In this document: piece by piece, positions 56,595 to 64,000 of the stretch
Layout: each line of letters starts with the position of its first letter
How positions within the stretch are numbered: position 1 is the first letter of the stretch
Source of the DNA: Rhodosorus marinus CCMP1338
Lineage: Eukaryota; Plantae; Rhodophyta
Assembly: GCA_029953675.1 (NCBI GenBank)
Contig: JAMWBK010000011.1
Span: forward strand, 806,001-870,000
Length of the DNA: 64,000 nt
Direction: 5' to 3'
Position numbers and translations under genes: made by a program
The notes under the pieces: model-generated
What the model was told of the DNA's origin: nothing
What the model saw: only the letters and a program-made list of their open reading frames with translations
Database searches by the model: none

Positions 56595-58371
56595 CTAGCG
56601 AAAGCGCCCAGGACCTGCGCCGAGGGAACGAACGATGTCAGCAGAAAACAAATTCTTCCAGAAGGCAGTGTCACTATTTATTCTACGACTAAACACTACA
56701 ATCCAGCCCTTACTTTGCATCGATGAGGAACTCTCCAAAAACACTGGCTTTCAAGCGCTCTGCGACTACAGGAAGACCTCGCAGACCCTCGCGCTTTAGG
56801 ATGCGGAGTCTTTGGTTTCGAAACCAGCGGAACAAACGCAGCGACTCTGTGTCCGCTGGCGCTAGCTGCCACCGTCTTTTGTCCGAGTCTTGTCTGTGGG
56901 CTCAATGTCGAGATTCCACCCCAGGTTGTGAAGCGAAGCGGGTCTCCCGACCAAGTAGAATCCTAGGGTCCGAATTCTTCTGAAACGAGTCTGCAAAGCA
57001 CCTCTGCGAGTGCTCAACCTTGTGGAAACAAGCCACGATTTCTCACACCCATGTGCATGTCAGTAGGCTTTCACAGAAATGAGGGACATCCCACACACAA
57101 TAAGGCGATACGTCAGCATGCTCAGAACAAGAAGGTGATCAAGAGGAACAACTAGCCAAGGGAACATTAAGACTTCATAGACGTTTAAAAATTAGCTCAA
57201 GAGAGTGAATCGCTGTTCTGGCCTTCACCACAATCTCGGTCACAAGGACTGGACTGGGCTTTCAGCACGGTTCCATGTAGCAAATTCATGAGGAAGTGGT
57301 GCCCGCTGGGGGATGAAGGAGCTCCGGGAAGAAGTGCGTACGTAGCCTCTTCCCTGGTCCAACCATTCACCCCACGAATCTCAAGTCGCCTGTCTGCCCA
57401 GTGTATTCTCGTTAGAATGTCCGCATTTCTTCACAATCACGTAAAGTAAGCTGTTTTCCACGGAGTTGAGTGGTCTCCAAAAAAGGGGGATTTTCGGGTG
57501 AATTGAGATCATGTACAAGGTCCATGGCAAAGGGGCATTGGAAGAGTTGGCATGAGGAAACTTGTAAGCCAAATAGATCAATTGAACCCGAGAAAGAACG
57601 TCACTGGATGATAAATGTGAGACAGGAGTTGATGTCACTCTCAGGGTATGTTCAGCCCCTCACCTGAGCACTCACAGGTTGGTCTGGCTATGGCGTCCCC
57701 GAGGATTGACATGGGGATACTTGGCAGATCAATTGAACCCCAGAAGGCAAATAATGGATGATAAAACGTGAGATAGGGAGTCTTTCAGCCCCAGAGCATG
57801 TTGAGACTCTGCTCACAAGCTAGTCCAAGCGTGCACGAACACTGAGCCGTCTGGACGTCTTGCAGACGTTTTTACGCCCTTGCGGTGAAAACTGTTCCTC
57901 GTGTCTTCCCCCGACGGGCTTTTTTAATGGCGAAGCTGAGGACGGTCGTAGATCATCAAGGAGCGACTAGAAATGATAGATAAGCGCTCGATACTTAGTA
58001 ACCTCTGCGAACCTTGTCTAATCTCGCACCTGAGAGCACCCGAGTGCGATCATGTTCCATCCTCAGCTAGGGATGCGGACACTGTGAGTTCAGTATATTG
58101 AGGCAGAGCGACCCTGCTAGCAACTGGACTTTGCTAGCTTTGGTGAGGTGGGGCAGCACTTTAGTAGAAGAGTGAGGGTCATGGAGTGCCGGTTTTTAGA
58201 TGGTGGCAGGTGCAGCAGCAGGCTGAAGCATAGGGAGGTTTGAAAATACTGGATGAGGCAGTCAGATATGTGCTTGAGGTAAGGTTGGAAGCCATGTGAG
58301 ATGAGCTTTGGTTGTTTGGAGAGGGAAGGTTCCCGACGTGGATGCTGAGTGAGGTGCTCTAGTCTGGCGGA

Positions 58372-59844
58372 ATGGATTTTTCGGAGTTGTTCCCGACGAC
58401 TGACGAGGTGCTGAAGGGTTTTGTGCTTCATAAGAGCGATGTTAAAGTGTTCGACTTTAGCTCGGCATCGCCGATGATGTTCAGTATGAGCACGTTGATA
58501 CACGAGGAGGTGATGAAGTCGCCCTTCTATGGAATCTTGAATGCGATGATATCTCCGATATTCCTGCTCTCGATGAAGTACAGTGACGATGTGAGGATTG
58601 GAATGGGTTGGATTTTTGAAAAGCAAGGGCCGCTGCTGGGGTATTCTTCGGAAGGAGGGACTGTTCACGCGGGAAACGAGGCGGTGACATATGAGAGAAT
58701 CTGTATGCTAAAACACGACGGTAAACGACACTACATCGCCACACTCTCAGGTGGAGACGAGACTGGGCTGCCATTCACACACGTTGTCGAAGTGAATGCC
58801 CGGTCAAACTCTTGCGAGTTTGGAATGCTGGACAGAGAGACTGGAGTAAAGCTTTTCGGGATCAAGCAACTGTCGACCCGACCGTGTGTTATTTGTTACG
58901 CTAGGGGAGAAGCATGCGTTTGCACACAAGAAATGGTGTCGAGAGGATTTGAACCGTTGCCATTGACGATTCAATCCGGAGACGGGCTCAGGAGTTTTGA
59001 CTTCAACGACGACGTGTTCCAACGTTCTTTTCGGCAGTGGATGGGTGGGAGGTGGGACTTCCACGTCAACCGACTTCCTGCGTTTTCTGTGCAGTCGGAT
59101 TTATTGTCGTCGGGGGAGGCATTTGAACGGGCCAAGACCTATTTGGTGGAGCAGGAGATACAGCAATCGATAAGGTTTCGTCCTCCTGTGCAGCGCTCGT
59201 CCATGGAGAGGGCGCTGGCTTCAATAGTGTCTTGGAACGAGAGGAAAGAATCCCGCCAGGCAATTGAGGAATCGTCTAATACCGGAGACGCGACTGATCC
59301 AAGCATAGCGACGGATCCAGAAGCATCGACTGACCAAGACGTCTCGACTGAGCCAAAGGCATCAAGAAACAGCAATGTACAGACTACTCTAGAGGCGGCT
59401 ACTGAACTTTCAGCTGAACTTGTCGATAGTCCTCGCATTGGATGTAAAAAATGCAGAGCTTCGTTCACCAGCGCCTGGGGCCTCAGAAGGCACGATGCTG
59501 GAGTGCATCAGAACACGAGAAGTTTTCCATGCGAGTTTTGTTCAAGGACCTTTAAACAGAGCGGGCACCTGAATGAGCATTTGAGAGCTTACCATTCTAA
59601 AGGTGGTGGTTATGAATGTGAGGAATGCGGAAAGCGGTTTGGTGTTAAGTCGAAACTGGACAGGCATATTATTGGAAAGCATACAGACATCAGGCTGTTC
59701 GCTTGCAAGATGTGTCACATGAAATACAAGGAAAAGCATCAGCTGGCCGTACACACCAGACGAAAGCACAGCAGTACTGAATCCGACAAAATGAGAGTTG
59801 AAGAGTGCGAACCAGAGATCACCTACAGTCAAACCGCTCGGTGA
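58372..59844 (+). CDS. Z18: subfamily-B N-domain + 4x C2H2 zinc finger protein, 490 aa
   Basis: ATG ORF with RIGMGW, RPCVIC-x6-CVC and FHVNRLPAFS. Linker has four 18-bp repeats (59290-59361). Four fingers. Confidence 0.93.
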   Translation: MDFSELFPTTDEVLKGFVLHKSDVKVFDFSSASPMMFSMSTLIHEEVMKSPFYGILNAMISPIFLLSMKYSDDVRIGMGWIFEKQGPLLGYSSEGGTVHAGNEAVTYERICMLKHDGKRHYIATLSGGDETGLPFTHVVEVNARSNSCEFGMLDRETGVKLFGIKQLSTRPCVICYARGEACVCTQEMVSRGFEPLPLTIQSGDGLRSFDFNDDVFQRSFRQWMGGRWDFHVNRLPAFSVQSDLLSSGEAFERAKTYLVEQEIQQSIRFRPPVQRSSMERALASIVSWNERKESRQAIEESSNTGDATDPSIATDPEASTDQDVSTEPKASRNSNVQTTLEAATELSAELVDSPRIGCKKCRASFTSAWGLRRHDAGVHQNTRSFPCEFCSRTFKQSGHLNEHLRAYHSKGGGYECEECGKRFGVKSKLDRHIIGKHTDIRLFACKMCHMKYKEKHQLAVHTRRKHSSTESDKMRVEECEPEITYSQTAR

Positions 59845-61915
59845 TATCTGGCTGGGCGCAAGGCAAACGACACTGTAGCAAAAAGCTTTCGTTCAGCAGA
59901 TAACTGTAGGGAATGCCTATCGAGCTGCAACGAATTTGCTCGGAAGTCGGTCGATCTCGGATCGATCGTGTCCAGGCGGGGGAACGCGGTTGAGGGGCAA
60001 GCGGTTGTCAAAAAAATTTGCCAGCGCGTCAAACCCAAAAACACTCGAAGCGAGCCTCTGACTAGGCACACTCGACTCTCGGATAATAATGTCGGCCTGG
60101 CTCCGTGCAACGAATGTCTTCAAGTTCTAAAGCCTCTCCGATACATTGTGCTTGCGCCGACAATGCCGTTGAACGTGAGATTCTTACCCACTGGAGAAGA
60201 AAAAAAATCCCCTCGCGGTCAGGGGGAAGGAGGGGAAGGGAGGGAGCGGGAGCCCTGTACGACTATCCCAGCTCCAAAACCAATCAAACCAGAATGTACC
60301 ATCTTGGCTTCAGTCATCTCATCAATCAGGGACCAGCAAAGGTGACGCAATACGGACCATTCCTTCCCCCCCCCACCCCCAGCCCCGGAACTGAAAAGAA
60401 ACCTTTCTGGGCTCCCCAGTTATTTTGATTGTCAAAGACACGTGTCAATATATCAACGCGACCTAATCTTAAGGGGCAAACACACTGGAATATTTTAGTT
60501 ATTATTCTAATGTAATTAATATGTAATTAAAGTATTTTTAAATAGGAACTTCGGTCGATTCTTTTTTCTTCTTTCCTATTCGTTCTCGTGTTGGGATTCG
60601 ATGCCGTTTTGCGGGAAAAATTGGCTTTTTTAGGCTTTTGTTCCGGAATTCGGGATGCGGTGGTGGATTTCGTGGGAATTGGTTGTCATGGACGAGTCCG
60701 ATATATTTTTTTGGTTGAATATACTACTGCAAAACATTAGAAAAGTCGGGTACGTCTGGTTACAATTATTTCAAAAACATGAGTCCGAACAATAGTCTAA
60801 TATTCAATCAACGCTAGTCTAATAATCAATCATCTTACTTAGATATTGAATCATGATTACTTTCTCGTAAGGACAAACTGTCCACTGTGATGTATTGAAT
60901 TAGGATTATCTTTGGAATGCACAGACTTCATGCACATCTAATGGTTGTTTTTGAGAACGCTCTAGCAGGAAGGAGAATATGATTACGCAGATGCTTCCCT
61001 GTCTGCTGGTGAATCGGGACTTACCGGTGTCTTCGCGATGCTGCGGTGAAGCTGTCCTTACTATGCGCCGCCATGAGCTGAATATCTCACCTAGGTTGAT
61101 GGACAGCGCAGGAGTTGTCCGGTTTGCGTGAGTGCTTTGGGGGATTAACTTGATCACAGGACGCGTTTCCAATCCCTGCACAGTCTAGCCCTGTGGCGGA
61201 GTTCCAGCCGCCCTTATCCTTGCGTCCAGTGTAGTTCTCCCTTCTGCGGGTTGTTAGCCCTCGAATAAAAATTGGTTGGAGACTTGCGGACCAAGTCGGG
61301 CTGTGTTTTCACGTAGCTAGATCATTGACGGGGAAGAAGAAGATTGAAATGCAATCAATATTCATCGTTGATTGAATAGTATCGGACACCACTCGGTCGT
61401 TATCAGACTGTTATCCGATTAACCATCCGCTATTATTTTTTATTCAGGTCCAATAAGCTTGTATCGGACTCGAGCAAGAAGTAAATATTCTAAATTGTTA
61501 CGTAATTTCAGGTCTGATCTTTGTCGATTATTAAATCGGACTCTCTTTTTTATCGGACGGAAATCACAGCGGGACACTTGGTGCTAATGAGGGAATCCAT
61601 TGATGGAAACTGACACTGAAGGAGGCCACTTTGACATGTATTCTTGAAATGAGGAGAGACTTCATGGAGGGTCACATGATGTGAAGTATATTTGGTTTGA
61701 TTGGCGGTCCGTTTCTTCCTTTTGCGCGTGGGTGGGTTTGAGGGGGACCTGGAGTGCCTTGGGTTGATATACTTGGGTTGATATACCATGGTTGGTCCTC
61801 GTTCGGAGTGCAGTTGGCTTGAACGAAGGAGATGCGAGCGGGCGTTTTGAAGAATTGTGTAACTTTTTCTTTACTATACGTGAATCTGTGTTGTTTGTAG
61901 TATAGTTCTGGTTGG

Positions 61916-63196
61916 ATGTCGTTTTCAGAGCTGTTGCCTGTAGCTGACGAAGTCTTGAAGGACTTCATCCTTCACCGGAGCGATGTACAGTCGTTTGATT
62001 TTCGCTCCTCGGCGCCGTTAATGTTCGAGGTGAGCGTGGAGGTGCATGAGGAGGTGATGAAGTCGCCGTTTTATGGGTTCCTTGAGGCCCTGTCAAAGCC
62101 CGTGTTCACGCTCTCGACCAGCTACAATGACGACGTTAGAGTTGGAATGGGCTGGGTTTTTGAGACCCATGACCTGCTTTTGGATTATCCCAGAGGAGGA
62201 GGAGGAGTTCACGAGTTTCACGACTTGGTAAGCTATCAAAGGAGTTGTGTCTTTAAGCACAACGGCAAGTCTCAAGTGCTCTGCACGTTGCCCGCTGCGG
62301 ACGTCTCTGGACGGTTTCACCCGTTCTTTCATATTGTAGAGAACGACCGACGGTCGAATTACCAGGAGATTGGAATGCTTGACCGCGTGAGTGGAAACAA
62401 ACTCTTCTCGATCAAGCAGCTAGCGACACGACCTTGTGAGCTATGTACATTGCGCGGCGAGCCGTGCCTTTGCTCGAACGAGATGGTGTCAAGGGGCTTT
62501 CTTCCAGGGACGGATGAATCTAGTGACGGTTTGATAATGGCTCCGGATTTGGATGTTGCAGCTTGCCAGGTTGCAAGAAGGCGCTGGATGGCAGGAAGGT
62601 TTGGATTTCACGTGAACGGACTCCCTGCGTTTTCAGTGAATGCAAAGCTGCTGTCATCCGGAGAGATGCTTGAAAGGGCGCGCATCTTTCTGGTGCAGAA
62701 CCAAGCGCAAAAATCTACCAGCTTATGTCCAATTTCACATTCAATTCTACAGAGGGCCATAATGTCGGTGTTGGAGAAGAAGGAACAGGAAAACGCCGTT
62801 TCCGGTGACAAGGATGCGGAGCGGTTTAAGTGCGACCGGTGTGGTGCTTCATTCACCCGGATTTGGAGCCTTAGGAGACACGTCGCGGGTGTCCACGAGG
62901 AGAACCGCCAGTTTGCTTGCGAGTTGTGTTCCAGAACCTTCAAGCAGAGTGGACACTTACAGGAGCACCTGAGGACGAACCATTCGAGAAACGGCGGGCA
63001 CAGTTGTGAGATTTGCAGAAAGCGATTCGGAGTGAAGTCAAAATTAGAGCGCCACATGTATCAAAAGCACTCGAACATAAGGATGTATGAGTGCGAGCTG
63101 TGTCTGAAGAAATACAAGGACGCTCATGGTCTGAAAACCCATGTCAAACGAAAGCACAGCTCGACACATAAGACCACACGGGTTGAGACGTTCTGA
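61916..63196 (+). CDS. Z19: subfamily-B N-domain + 4x C2H2 zinc finger protein, 426 aa
   Basis: ATG ORF with RVGMGW, RPCELC-x6-CLC and FHVNGLPAFS. Shortest linker. Four fingers. Confidence 0.93.
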   Translation: MSFSELLPVADEVLKDFILHRSDVQSFDFRSSAPLMFEVSVEVHEEVMKSPFYGFLEALSKPVFTLSTSYNDDVRVGMGWVFETHDLLLDYPRGGGGVHEFHDLVSYQRSCVFKHNGKSQVLCTLPAADVSGRFHPFFHIVENDRRSNYQEIGMLDRVSGNKLFSIKQLATRPCELCTLRGEPCLCSNEMVSRGFLPGTDESSDGLIMAPDLDVAACQVARRRWMAGRFGFHVNGLPAFSVNAKLLSSGEMLERARIFLVQNQAQKSTSLCPISHSILQRAIMSVLEKKEQENAVSGDKDAERFKCDRCGASFTRIWSLRRHVAGVHEENRQFACELCSRTFKQSGHLQEHLRTNHSRNGGHSCEICRKRFGVKSKLERHMYQKHSNIRMYECELCLKKYKDAHGLKTHVKRKHSSTHKTTRVETF

Positions 63197-63670
63197 AGGT
63201 GCACCAGGAAAGGTTCTACGAAGCACAATGTCGAGAAGAGTGCGCAGCGCTGGAACACGTCCGTTTCTTACGGTTTTTTAACATGTCAGGTTATTTATTC
63301 TTACGATGCAGTATAGGAACCCTTTGCTTCGAATTAGCACTGGTTAAATAGACTCTTGCTTTCCCTCATGATCCCGTTGAGAATGCTGGTCGCAGTGTAC
63401 CGATTCATGTGCCACATCTCCAGGTCATTCGAGAGGATGTTTTCGGGGTCTATCGAAAGTTGTAGGTGCAGCACTCACTCATAGCTAGCCCACCAAATTC
63501 ATGTTACAAGCATTTCGACTCTCAGTGGATCAGTCATGGATCATTAGGAATCGTGGTTAACCCAAGTCCGGATTTAGAGCGGGAAGGAGACCGTCGACGT
63601 CCTCCGTTTTCCAGTTCTCAGTCCACATGGGTTCGCATCTTCGCTGGCATGCGTTCCCGAGACGCTTATA

Positions 63671-63832
63671 TTACCCTCGAGCGACTGCGGCTTTAGTCGA
63701 CAACCCCAGCCTCTTGGCGACTTCTGCTGAAATCAAGTTAATCTGCAGCCCACCCTCAACTGTGTTAAGGGCTTTGCGGTTACCAACCTTCAGTCCAACA
63801 ATCGGTGAAGGGTAGCTCTCCTTTCCTTTGCT
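63671..63832 (-). mobile_element. Probable degenerate retropepsin (LTR-retrotransposon aspartic protease) fragment
   Basis: Minus-strand frame reads YPSPIVGLKVGNRKALNTVEGGLQINLISAEVAKRLGL*, resembling the retropepsin pattern (V-x-G...L-V-D-S/T-G-A-x-x-N-L-I-S...A-x-R-L-G-L) with catalytic D replaced by E. Flanked by stops. Confidence 0.45.
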
Positions 63833-64000
63833 GACGGTTTCTCATCGTGGAATGCAGCCGAACACGCGTTTGCCTGTGCGGCCGCCAGGATGTGAGGAAT
63901 TGGAAGGGCCGAATAGACAGCTTCTTTGCGGATCCAAAAGTCGCGCTCTCAACGATGGCAGATCCAAGTGTCGAAAAGCGACTAGAAAAAATTGCGCGGA

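Noticed and set aside
187-63196. Idea that each ZF gene is itself a mobile element or retrocopy
   Set aside because: I saw no shared terminal repeats, target-site duplications or poly(A) tails around the copies. Uniform orientation and neighbour similarity fit tandem duplication better.

Overview
Eukaryotic genomic DNA: spliceosomal GT-AG introns are present and there are no operon or CRISPR hallmarks. The compact style with short introns would fit a unicellular red alga, but that is inference only. The window is dominated by a head-to-tail tandem array of 19 intact, intronless, + strand paralogues (my labels Z1-Z19, about 425-490 aa). Each has a roughly 300-aa N-terminal domain I cannot assign to any named family, a variable acidic/Ser-rich linker with a basic patch, and four C2H2 zinc fingers. 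The N-domain motifs are WDSxPxNW, (L/I/V)G(S/M/T)(G/A)W, EVRPG, ExDGRHN, RxCxxC-x6-C, WxxGxW and HPPRSSFR. Base-contacting finger residues are almost invariant while the N-domain diverges widely, the reverse of KRAB-ZFP clusters. One six-exon eIF4A DEAD-box helicase gene on the - strand interrupts the array. The spacers hold several tandem repeats, an inverted duplication of a hAT-transposase 5' remnant (BED finger), an orphan fragment of the N-domain, a recent Z4/Z5 segmental duplication with a gene-conversion tract, and a probable retropepsin remnant at the right edge.
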